Origin: Octopus vulgaris
Taxonomy: Eukaryota
Direction: 5' to 3'
Length of the DNA: 64,000 nucleotides
Assembly: GCA_951406725.2 (NCBI GenBank)
Contig: OX597833.1
Coordinates: 4,650,001 to 4,714,000, forward strand
The number at the start of each line of letters is the position of its first letter. Positions within the stretch are counted from its first letter, which is position 1. This document shows positions 52,641 to 64,000 of this stretch, one piece after another. The notes beneath the pieces were generated by a model. It had not been told where the DNA came from, did not search any database, and worked only from the letters and a program-made list of their open reading frames with translations. A program made the translations under genes and the position numbers.

Positions 52641-54318
52641 TCTCACACTTACCTGCCAATGTCATTCTAAAAATATACAATTAGCATCATCTAAATCTCA
52701 CAGCATCAAGATAATGCATGATTAATTCAAGACAATTCATATGTGTAAGTATTAAATTTGACAGAGTAATCTAAATGCTAAAGGATTAACTGTGATACCG
52801 GGGCGGAGACTTTAATCTTTGCTAAACTAAATTTTTCAAATTTAATATATTTGTCCTGTTGATGGCTTTTGGTCTTTTGTATCCTAATCAAATTTTTGCT
52901 TCTGTAAGCATTGCCAGTGGTCGAAATGAGTGGAAAGAGCTGGAAGAAATGCTGCTAACCATTTTGTCCGACACGGAGGCCAGCGATTTGAAAGCAGGGA
53001 GAAGTCAATTACATTTGACTCCCTGTACTAGTTTTTTTTAAATTTTATTTTTTCTTTAATTGAACTCCAAGGGGCAAAGTTGTTCTTGGTGGGGATTCGG
53101 ACAGTGTACAAACTGCTGGAACAAAGACCATTCTCTAAGAATTCTATCAATTTAATAATGACAGTCACTCCTGTCAATTTCCACGTACAAGTGTTTGAAG
53201 TAAAGATGCAATTCGATTCACACTGGTAACACTGATTTTGATTTTTGTCTGGGTGACACATAAAGAGCACCCACTACACTTTTGGAGTGGTTGGCATTAG
53301 GAAGGGCATCCAGCTGTAGAAACATTGTCAGATCAGATTGGCTTCTGGTTTGCCAGCCATCAGTCAAACCGTCGTCAAAACGTCCATACCATGCCAGCAT
53401 GGAAAGTAGAGATGTTAAACGACGACGATGATGATTGGACATATGTACCTGTTGATAGCAGGATATCATTCTTTTATTGTTCTGTTTCTTCAACTCCTGT
53501 TGTTTTTAGTTGCATTACAAACACATTTTACGCCACACAGATCAATTTAGACAGTAAACTTTCTCTTATGGTGTTAAATTAAGCTGTTAGGATTTCCCTG
53601 ATTGTTTTAACTTATCCTTATACCCAAGGATGGGTCTTCCTTTACTGCAGAATTCCTCCACCTATTGACCAAGTTATTAATAATTTTGACACTAGGCCAG
53701 CAATTTCAGGGAAGAGGGGTTAAGTTGATTATATCGACCTGCCTCCCCCCTGTACGTAACTGGTACTTATTTTATCAATCCTGAAAAGATGAAAGGCAGA
53801 ATTTGAACTCAGAATGTAATATGGAAGAAGTAGTAGTAATAATGATGATGATAATAATAATAATAATAATAATCTCTTTTTTTCTCTATTACTTGTTTGT
53901 CATTTGACTGCGGCCATGCTGGAGCACCGCCTTTAATCAAGCAACTCAACCCCGGGACTTATTCTTTTGTAAGCCCAGTACTTATTCTATCGGTCTCTTT
54001 TGCCGAACCGCTAAGTAACGGACATAAACACACCAGCATCGGTTGTCAAGCAATGCTAGGGAGACAAACACACACACATGCATATATATACATATATACG
54101 ACGGGCTTCTTTCAGTTTCCGTCTACCAAATCCACTCACAAGGCTTTGGTCGGCCAGAGGCTATAGTAGAAGACACTTGCCCAAGGTGCCATGCAGTGGG
54201 ACTGAACCCAGAACCATGTGGTTGGTAAACAAGCTACTTACCACACAGCCACTGAAATAAATAGTTGACTTTGTTAGTAATTTTCCTCTTTTTCAAGTGA
54301 TGCAATTGAATTTTCCAG

Positions 54319-54402
54319 ATCCATGATGTATTCCGGTGAACTTAAATTTGAACGTCGGACGTCTGCTGCTCAAGTTGAGGGAGGTGTACATGGCTTGCAT
54401 TC
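54319..54402 (+). CDS. IMPDH: IMPDH coding exon 14 ([29 protein letters not shown])
   Basis: ttttccag| ... TC|gtaagt; 84 nt; EGGVH K+-site motif. Confidence 0.98.
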
Positions 54403-55788
54403 GTAAGTAATCCCTTTTTTTCTCCCTTTCATTTCTATTAACAAAATGAGTGTTTTATTGTGAAATAGCGTAGCCCTTGATATTGTTGACTTGTCTTTGG
54501 ACATACTAACAAGATCCTTGCTAATATAAAATGTCTCATCTTTTAACATCCACTTTTCCATGCTTGCATCAGTGAGGCGGAACAGGCAAGGTAATGTCTT
54601 CCCGTGGCTGACTGGACCAGTTTTCACAGAAAACCGGAAACGAGTGACCCTGCTTCTAGGACGGTGATACTTGGTGTCATGTAAGGAGATATGCACGCGT
54701 GCACACACACGCACAATGGGCTTCTTCTAGTTTCTATCTGCTGAATCTATTCACAAGGCCTTGATTGGCTTAGGGCTATATTAGAAGACACTTGCCATGA
54801 AGTGGGACCGAACCTGGAACCACATGGCTTGAGAGGCAAACTTTTTAGTCACAAGGCTATACCTGCACCTACTAGTAGAGAACATGAAATACAGAGAAAA
54901 ATGGATCTCATCATCGTTGACGTCCGTTTTCCATTCTGGCAAGGGTTGGACGGTTTGACTGGGGACTGGCAAGCCAGGAGGCTGCACTCGGGCCCCAATG
55001 TGACCTGGCTGTGTTTCTGCAGCTGGATGCCCTTCCTAATGCCAACCACTGGCACAGGAGCCAGTCAGGTGACACTGGCATTGGCCATATTTGGATGGTG
55101 CTTTTTATGTGCCACCAGCACGGGGAGCCAGCCAGGTGGCACTAGCAACAACCCACACATGTATGGTCCTTATTGCGTGCCACCAGCTATTTGTGGCTAT
55201 TTATTGCAGACAATAGGAAATTAAGTTGTGGTGGGGAATTGGACACTAAGCTGTCAAAAACCTGAATAGAATCAGTGCTAGGTAGAAACTGCATGGAAGC
55301 CCTCATTGTGTATGTGCATCTTGCCACTTGTCTTGATTGGACGCATTTTCACAGAAGACACACGGCTTTTATATCAGTGGCACATGTCTAAACAAGGAAG
55401 CACAACCATCCACATGCATGCATATACATACATACATGATGGGCTCCTTTCAGTTATTTTCCAAAAGGCATTGAGTGAGCAAAGGCCCAAGGTGCCATCT
55501 ATGATAGGCACAAGTGTGACTGTATGGTTAATAAGCTTGCTTCCCAATCATGTGGTTTCAGTCCCACATCAAATCTTTTGGTATAGCCCAAGGCTTTCCA
55601 AAGCCTTGTGAGTGAACTTGGTAGATGGAAACTGAAAGAAGCCTGTCGTGTGTGTGTGTGTGGGTGTATCTTTGCTTTGACATCACATGATGGTTGTAAA
55701 TGAGCAGGTGATATTCCTCGTTTCCAGTCATCTGTGAAAACCTGTTAGCTTAACCCTTTAGCATTCAGATTGCTCTGTCAAATGCCTT

Positions 55789-56161
55789 TTTGTAGTAAAG
55801 ATTGTTTGCCAACATAACATGGCAGTCCTGGTTTAGGACTAATGTTGCTGTAATTTAGCCCCAGGAGACATCGTCTCCAGCTGGCTATACGACACGATCT
55901 GTGTCCTTATATTTTCGAACAAGGGAATCTAGCACCCCCACTCGTTATTCTGTGCTGATGAAGGGTAATAACCCAGAAATGCGATACACAGATATTGTTT
56001 TGAGCTGAGTGGGTGTGCTAGATTCCCTTGTTCGAAAATATAAGGACACAGATCATGTCGTATAGACATTTGGAGACGATGTCTCCTGGGGCTGAATTAC
56101 AGCAACATCCATCCTAAACCAGGACTGCCATATTATGTTGGCAAACAATCTTTACTACAAA
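55789..56161. repeat. Large inverted repeat (arms 55789-55943 and 56007-56161), probably Penelope-like pLTR derived
   Basis: 155-bp arms highly complementary by eye, 63-nt spacer. A diverged single copy of the arm is at about 8625-8755. Confidence 0.9.
55949..55992 (+). ncRNA. Minimal type I hammerhead ribozyme-like motif
   Basis: TCTGTG-CTGATGA-A-GGGT aata ACCC-A-GAAA-T gcg A-TA-CACAGA: stem I TCTGTG/CACAGA, core CUGAUGA and GAAA, UH site. Stem II closing pair is A.A rather than G-C. Confidence 0.6.
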
Positions 56162-56859
56162 GTACTGTTGCTGAATTATCTTGCGTTGTGAGATTTTAAA
56201 AGTAGTAATTTTCTAATTTAGTATGCCTTTTTATTCACATTGGTTTGATTTAACCCTGCATTATCTTGTAATTTTGAGATTTTTAAAGATGTTATTGTTT
56301 ATGTTAGCATCGTATTCTAGGGTAGGTGCGAGAGTAGCTGGTTTGAACTCAAAACATGCAGAAAACTTGTACTGGATTTGGCCTGTTTAAATGCTAAAGA
56401 GTTAGGTGGAAATATTACCTTGCTTGGAAGCAGGTGAGACTTAGCAATGGGAAGGACATCCAATCATATTATATCTGTTTTAACAATTCATCTGACCCAT
56501 GCAAGCATAGGAAAGTGGACGTTAAAACAATGTTGAAGATTGATATATTTGCAAGATTTGCAGCATTCAGATGAGATTTTCAATTGCTGTCCTCCTTCCG
56601 TGTTGGGCTTTAGACAATTGAAGTTCCACTAGTATTTTGAGAAAATAATGGTATTTATAAGTTTATAAGAGTCAAAAGCTTGAAATCTCAAATAAGGGAT
56701 TTCTTTAGAAGAAATAATATAAATATTGGGTTGTTAGATACATTTTTTGTCTTTTTCTACTTGGTACACCATTGTTATATGTTTGAAAACAAATTTTATA
56801 GAAATTTCAAAGACAAATAGTTGTAGAGGAAGAATAAATCTACAAAAATAAAACATTAA

Positions 56860-57333
56860 CTCTTTCGTTACCGTATTTCTGTTGAGATGCTCTGTGTTTC
56901 TTTAATTACTTTAAATATAACAAAGAATTTAGTAAAATAACATCGTTATCATTAAGGTAGTGTTAGGAACATAATTATGACTAAGGTTTGGTGGAAGATT
57001 TTAATTAAAAACTTTTGAAAACAAGACATTTGTACTACTGAGCCAGAGGCGGTTTTGGCCAGGTTGGTATCAAAAGGGTTAAGAATTGTTTCTCTATTAT
57101 ATATATTTTAACCCTTTTGTTACCATATTTCTGTTGAGATGCTCTGTGTTTCTTTCAATTGATTTTAAATATAACAAAGAATTTAGTAAAATAACTTAGT
57201 TATCATTAAGCTAGTGTTGGGAACATAAATTATGACTAAGGTTTGGTGGAAGATTTTAATTAAAAACTTATGAAAACAAGACATTAATACTACAGAGCCA
57301 GAGCCGGTTTCAGCCGGGTTAGTATCAAAAGGG
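56860..57333. mobile_element. Two adjacent piggyBac-like D2 MITEs (56860-57078 and 57112-57333)
   Basis: Each about 220 bp and TTAA-flanked, ending ...AAAGGG. Further copies at about 48795-48960 and 48990-49196. Confidence 0.85.
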
Positions 57334-57551
57334 TTAAAAAAGGGATAAAAATAGTTTCGTGTTGAGGCACAAGACATTGGAAAGGATTAAAATAAACAGG
57401 GGTGGAGAAGCAAATTTATCTAACAATCCACTAACACAAAACAAACCCCAGTTATAAAAACTAACCCTGAACTCGAAGTATTATCCATTATTTTGTGTTT
57501 GGTGTATTCTTGTGTCCGTCATTGATGTTTGCTCCTCCATTTCCTTTGCAG

Positions 57552-57612
57552 TTGTGTGCATGGTGTAGACCAACATGTCCCTATGTTACATGTGGAGTCG
57601 ATGATGACGTGA
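57552..57612 (+). CDS. IMPDH: Candidate alternative IMPDH C-terminal exon, coding part (S-CVHGVDQHVPMLHVESMMT*); whole exon 57552-57627
   Basis: Strong acceptor gctcctccatttcctttgcag|, correct phase after exon 14, TGA at 57610-57612, donor TTG|gtaggc after 57627. Lies in a non-repeat island of the 8-kb last intron. No transcript evidence. Confidence 0.5.
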
Positions 57613-57721
57613 ACAACAAACTGTTTGGTAGGCCTGTCTACCGCCACTACTCTCCTACCACCACTACACACCTCCTACTACTGCTGTCGTCAGCGTTGTC
57701 TTGTCTTGGCTTTTTTAGTTT

Positions 57722-57752
<31 letters not shown>

Positions 57753-60700
57753 TCGACTTAATTGCGTATATATATATATATATATACGTCTGTATTGATG
57801 TAATTGTTGCTGCTGAGTGGAGTTTGTTTTTTTTTTTCATCTGTTCCACGAGATTTGTGTAAATATCTACTTAGGCCGTAGACGATGGTAGCTCCTCACA
57901 GCTAAGCCCAGGCTGCAGCACTGCCTTCAGATGTAAACAAATATATGTTCGCTATTTTTCTCTTATGCACAGCCCACCCCCACAAACAACCAAAGCCTGT
58001 CCCTTTCGAAACTGTTGGGCTTGATGCCTTAAAAAAATTTATTATGATTGTATTTGAATCCAAGCCAAGGTTAATTTTGCCTTTCATTCTTTCAGGGAAG
58101 TGGGGGAATAAAACGAAGTACTAGTGAAATACTGGGGTTGATTAAATTGATTCCCTGCCCTCCCTCCTTCAAAACTGCTGTCCTGAAACCATTGAAGGTT
58201 GGGGGCAGTGGAAAGAACACTAGGGTCAACTTGTGCCTTCATCTTTTCAGGATTAATGAAATTGAGTACCTGTGAAGTACTTCTCTCAGAATGGCTGGCC
58301 TTGAACTTAAATTTGAAACTTTTATATTTTTAAAGCCAGAATCATTAGGACACCTTTACATTCTGGGTTCAAATCCCAGAGTATCAAGTGCTTAAATTAA
58401 AAACCATTACATTTATTGTTGCATTGCTGAAAACTTGCTCTTTGGATATCACTGTGTCTCGTATCTAGCTTAATCTTTTAATTCCCCCTTTGATTTCTCC
58501 CTGAATTCTGAGATTAGAAAGAAAAGTTTGGGTCTTTAAGATTTTTTTTTTTTTTTTTAAACAATTTATTTTTCTTTGAGTTCTACATTTTTATATTTTT
58601 AATCCTTAAGATGTCATAAATAACACAGCACCAGAATAGTGACCATTTGTCAGCATTTTAATTTACTTGGATTGCATTTCCTGATAGTAAATTCATTGCT
58701 GTGTGTTTTGTCCCCTTGTGAGTAGTAAAGAAATAGGTATCTCATCTGTCTTTACATTCCGAGTTCAAATTCCGCTGAGGTTGACTTTGCCTTTCATCCT
58801 CTCACGAGGTGGTCGATAAATTAAGTACCAGTTGCATACTGAGGTCGATCTAATCGACTGGCCCCCTCCCCAAAAAGTTTTGTGTGAGTGACTGGAAATA
58901 TAGAGAGATAAGCTAAAAGACTCCAGGTTTATTTATCATTAAACACAACCAGTTCAGATTTTGGTATTGTCCATCTATATGCAGGATGACCATGACATTA
59001 CTGATGTTTTAACGAGATGACTAGCAGCAGGGATGTTCCTGGTCTCCTTTATATATACATAATACTTTTAGTACAGCTATCCCTGTTGACATAAATATGC
59101 AGTGCTCATAGCAAGGGCGATGGTCCTTGTCTGCTTGTGGTAGAGCACTCACATTAAGGGCCATGGTCCCTGTCAACATAAAAATACAGTATTCACAGCA
59201 GAGGTGGATCTGTCTCTTTTACAAATACATTATGCTTATGGTAAGCTTGTCCCTGTCCAAATTAATAGGGCTCATTGTAGAGTTGTCTCTCTCCACATGA
59301 AAAATATATATTTTACTCACAGTATGTTAGGTATTTCTAGTATCCAATATACACTAGATTTATGTTAGCACGTCGGGCAAAATACTTAGCAGTATTTCGT
59401 CTGCCATTATGTTCTGAGTTCAAATTCTGCCGAGGTTGACTTTGCCTTTCATCCTTTCGGGGACGATTAAATAAGTACCAGTTACACACTGGGGTCAGTA
59501 TAATCGACTTAATCCGTTTGTCCTCTCTGTGTTTAGCCCCTTGTGGGTAGTAAAGAAATAGAAATAGTTATTTCATCTGCTGTTACATTCTGAGTTCAAA
59601 TTCCGCCGAGGTTGACTTTGCCTTTCATCCTTTTGAAGGGTGGTCGATAAATTAAGTACCAGTTGCATACTGGGATTGATCTAATCGACTGGCCCCACTC
59701 CCCAAAATTTTCGGGCCTTGTGCCTAGAGTAGAAAACAATATACACTAGATTTGTTTGTCCCTTCTAGTGGCTTCAAAGAACTCACTCAGTTTGTCCAGG
59801 AGTTACTGTAATTACCAAAAAGAGATAAAAAAAATGTTAGCACATTGGACAAAGGTGGTTGAGCCTGGCAGCTATTCTTTGGCCTTAGTTCCTCTGCTCC
59901 ACACTTGCTCAGCTATCAGGTCACCTTGTCAAGGCTTCACCAGATAGATGTGTCACAGCCATATAGTATGTATCAGCCTGTTACCATCCATTTAAATATA
60001 CAAATACATAAACTGGTTCCAGTAAAATTCAGATACTTAAACCGTTCCACTTCCTGGGGTTTAATCTTTTAGCATTTAAATGAACCAAAATATTTGACGG
60101 GTTTTATGCTCAGACCAGCCAGATTGGGTCTCTCAGACCCATCTTACAATGTTCTAAAAATACAGAATCACACCATCAAAATCTTGAAGATAGAAAAATT
60201 ATGCATAATTAATTCAAACCAATATCAATAAATAGGAATCATCATCATCATTTAGCGTCCGCTTTCCATGCTAGCATGGGTTGGACGGCTCAACTGGGGT
60301 CTGGCAAGCCAGAAGGCTGCATCAGGCCCTGTGTGATCTGGCAGTGTTTCTACGGCTGGATGCCCTTTCTAATGCCAACCACTCTGTGAGTGTAGTGGGT
60401 GCTTTTTACGTGCCAGACGGAGCTGGCAAATGGCCACGGACGGATGGTGCTTTTTACGTGCCACCGGCATAGGGGCCAGGCGAGGCTGGCAAATGGCCAC
60501 GGACGGATGGTGCTTTTTACGTGCCACCGGCATAATAATGCAATTTAATGTGAATGCTAAAGGCGTTGAAATGTAATCAGTCCTCTGGTAGGATTTGAGT
60601 AAATATCAGCACCATTTTATTTTTTACATCTACACTTTCCATGCTAATATGGCCTGAACGAGATTTTGAGGCTGGGTCTAGGACTGGATTCTTTTCTTAT

Positions 60701-62362
60701 TACCAACTTCTGTTTCCAAATAAGCTGTGTTTCTTGGTCTTTATGGCATTCACAGATGTTAGTTGTCCACCAGATCCACTCACAGGGCCATTGTAAAAAC
60801 ACACTTGGCCCGGTGGGGATTGAACCTGAAACCACGTAGTTGGGAAGTGAAATTCTCACTCAACCACACAGCCATGCATGTGAATGAAGATGGATGTTGA
60901 GTGGATTTGTTCAGTGGAAACTGAAAGAAACCTATTGTCTGTATTTATAAAAGAAAGATCTGGAAAATTTATCCACCATTACACATGTTTCATTTACTAA
61001 TAGGAATAACAAAATTGTACATGTTGGATAAACATGTAAGAAATTTCCTATTAGAAATTTGTGATAGACTCAAATAATTTCTCACCTAAATAATGTGTTG
61101 GTGTGAGCAAGTTTGTATTTCCTTGTTTTCATATTTGATTAGAAACAAAGGCTGTGCTTGCAATCCTTTACAAAAACATTTGGACAATCATTGTAATCAA
61201 TGATTTATAAGGTTTCCAGTACTACCTGACTGGCCCCTGGTAAAAGCACCCACTACACTCTCAAAGTGGTTGGCGTTAAGAAGGACATCCAGCTGTAGAA
61301 ACTCTGCCAGATCAAGATTGGAGCCTGGTGCAGCCATCTGGTTTGCCAGTCCTCAGTCAAATTGCCCAACCCATGCTAGCATGGAAGGCGGGCGTTAAAT
61401 GATGTTTGTTTGATAGACTTTGAAATTACATTCTTTGGAAAGAAATGAGGGTTGGGCCTCAAGAAGCGCATCCAGCTGGAGAAGACTCTACTTCTCATCT
61501 GACCCATGCAGCCATGGAAAAGTGGATGTTAAAATGACGAATTGGGAAGCAATGGATTAGAATTAGCTGGGTATTGGGAAAATGCCTTGTGGTAATTGTA
61601 TCTGTTGGTGTTCCATGTTTAAATCCCACTAAGATCAACTTTGCTTATTTTTTTTAATATCTGTACCAGTAATGGTATTTGGTCAATGGTATCAACTAGC
61701 CCTTACACCTAAATTAAAAACTAGTGGACAGGTCAGCCTTAAAGTAATAGCAATGCACTGGCCTGCTGGCCATCCCCAATGAGCAGGCCTTGTGTGTTAT
61801 CTCCTTTGGTAACGCTTTCTTTGCCCCTTAATGTCAGCATCTAACAAACAATGCCAGTTTCTTGTGGTTTACCAGACATCCATTCCTTCATATTCAGTTC
61901 CACTAATTGAACAGTGACTAATTACAAAGTAATTCGGTACTGTATTTAATGGCAATTAAACGATGCACGACCACATTTCAGCTACTCATAATTCAGGGAA
62001 AAAATAATTTTAGTACATTAAAGCACAAAAGCCCAACTTAGTATAATATGACTTTGGGTGGTATTCTTGGAAACAATTTCTTCAGTGGATGTTAAAATGA
62101 ATTGTGAAGCTAGGGATTAGTAGAATTAGTAGGGTTTGGTAAAATGCCTTGTGGTAATTGTATCTATTGGTGTTCCAAGTTTAAATCCTGCTGAGATCAA
62201 ATTTGCCTTTTTTTTAAATATTAGTGTATCTTATTTGCCATCAAATACAAATTAAAGTTTTAATTTAAATTCTGCCCTTAATTTTATTATGATTGAATAA
62301 TATTTTTTGTCTTTGCTAAGTTGGAACCTACTTTACTATTTCTGTCGTTTCTATCTTTACAG

Positions 62363-62384
62363 CTATGAAAAACGGTTATTTTAG
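62363..62384 (+). CDS. IMPDH: IMPDH terminal coding exon (SYEKRLF*)
   Basis: ctatctttacag|C TAT GAA AAA CGG TTA TTT TAG; same C-terminus as human IMPDH2. The 15 exons sum to 1545 nt = 514 aa plus stop. Confidence 0.97.
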
Positions 62385-62647
62385 AACCCAGATGAAATTG
62401 CAATCTGCTCAAGTACGAATCATCATCATCATCATCATGTTTCCATTAGTATTTGGTTCCGCACCGTTTGTCACCAATTCAAAATCAGTGGTATGGATAT
62501 ATATACTACAACCGTTGACCATTAACTCTAACAAGACTCGGTTTTGTATTGACTGCATCGTTCGGAACGCTCCGCAGTTGGCTCACTAAACCTGCTTTCT
62601 CCACATCAACCATCCATGCTCAACTCATATCCATATTTTAAAAATGA

Positions 62648-62792
62648 AATAAAAATGTTTAAAAAATAAAAATCAATTTTTAATATTTTTCCCTAGAATT
62701 TCAACTTATTTAGCTACAAATAAAAAAAAAAAAACAGGAATTAAAGAAATTCCTCTCTTTGTAATTGTACAAAAATCTTGTAAATAAATAAA
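62648..62792 (+). terminator. IMPDH polyadenylation signal cluster
   Basis: AATAAA at 62648, 62665, 62719, 62783 and 62787, followed by a GT-rich tract (cttgtgtactttgg, about 62817). Confidence 0.6.
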
Positions 62793-64000
62793 TATATATA
62801 TTTTGAATTCAGACCCTTGTGTACTTTGGACGGTATATTTTAGGGCCTTAAATGGTTGTGGGGTTAGCGAGGGGAAGATATTGTTGAGTCCTTGCTATTG
62901 AATGTAGACTGATTGAAAAGAGGTTTAGTGATTCGTTTTTGAACTTTTTCCTTTCTACACCCAATGGCGGCAATAACTTAGGGGACTGCAATACCACAAA
63001 ATCTACAACCAATTTTGACTAATATTTTGCCAAAGATGGCACAATGTAAATGATTTGTGAAATAACAGAACCAATATTAAATGGAAAAGATGGGCCCCAT
63101 ATATAATAATGATGGCTATGATCTTGTTCATGTTATTTTAGTAGCAAAAACTTAGTTGCTCTTTTAGTTTCTGTTAGCAACGATGTTTTTTAGTCTTGTC
63201 TTTTAGAATTTGCCATGTTTATGGAAGATAAGGAATGGTGTAATCAGTGACTAATGACATCCTAAGGGGGGTGAACTGGCAGAACTGTTGGAGGATTTGC
63301 ACTGAATGCTATGCAGTATTTGTTTCAGATTTCTGTACCGCAGGTTCAAATCCCACCAAAGTGTCCTTTGCATTTCAACTGGAGGGAGAGATGAGAAAAA
63401 AAGGATAGGTACCAATCTAAGGTGGTGGACCTGTGAGAATGTAGGACCAGGTGCCTTGTGGTTTTTTATGTTCAGGCTCTGTTCTGAATACTAATCTGTG
63501 TGTGGGAACACCCTACTACCACTTGGTACCTTGGTTGCTTTTTTTTTTTTTTCTCTCCCAGGGTCCACTGTAGCAAACCTTTGGGTCACATATCTCTAGT
63601 TTAGAGGATACCTCTCTCTCCTACCAGTTCCAGAAACCCTGCAAAAGGTCATGGACACTGCCTAGTCCCTTGACAAGAAAAACATTGAATCCATATTCCC
63701 GGTTTTACACCAGTTCTTACAACAATGACATGGCGTAGTCAGCCTCTTCCGCAAATAACTTTTCTTATTCTAAGTGTTTAGTTATTTTTATTCTCTTAGT
63801 TCTAGCTGAAACTAGTGTCAGCCAAACAGCACGGTGACCAGTAGCCATAATTTAATCTCATTACATATTGATGTGTCTTCTTGTCCCCACTTCTCTGAGC
63901 TACCCAGTTCTAGTCCACCCCTAACACTTGTTCCTTTCCTCCAAGTTACCCCGGTTGTTTAGTTCACCTCTATCCACATCCTATTCATATCATAAACAAT

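Noticed and set aside
61520-62222. About 140-bp direct repeat (61520-61660 and 62085-62222), plus a degenerate tandem at 59030-59320
   Set aside because: Old local duplications of decayed repeat sequence with no sign of function.
63540-63605. Strong acceptor (t)nctctcccag as a further IMPDH terminal exon
   Set aside because: Lies downstream of the canonical stop and poly(A) signals, and the encoded peptide has no support.

Overview
Repeat-dense, AT-rich animal genomic DNA. The SINE/RTE/MITE repertoire points to an octopus, which is an inference and not proven. One protein-coding gene is solidly supported: inosine-5'-monophosphate dehydrogenase (IMPDH) on the + strand. It has 15 coding exons from ATG 31095 to TAG 62384, totals 1545 nt (514 aa), has only GT-AG introns, and probably has a non-coding exon near 30735-30822. 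The rest is tRNA-headed SINEs (CORE-, Meta- and V-like), 3' ends of RTE and CR1/L2-type LINEs, piggyBac-, hAT- and Mutator-like MITEs, a Helitron remnant and microsatellites. Most interesting: (1) a candidate stop-containing cassette exon (57552-57627) and a 74-codon open shifted frame in the last exon, both of which would replace the IMPDH C-terminus as vertebrate retinal IMPDH1 splicing does; (2) a hammerhead-ribozyme-like motif in the loop of a 373-bp palindrome in the last intron; (3) a retro-insertion carrying a 63-bp tandem array with an antisense pre-tRNA-Leu(CAA) piece at its 5' junction; (4) a covarying pseudoknot-plus-hairpin module tandemly amplified in RTE 3' ends; (5) head-less 184-bp SINE multimers that share one junction at several loci. 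All coordinates were read by eye, so repeat boundaries are approximate.
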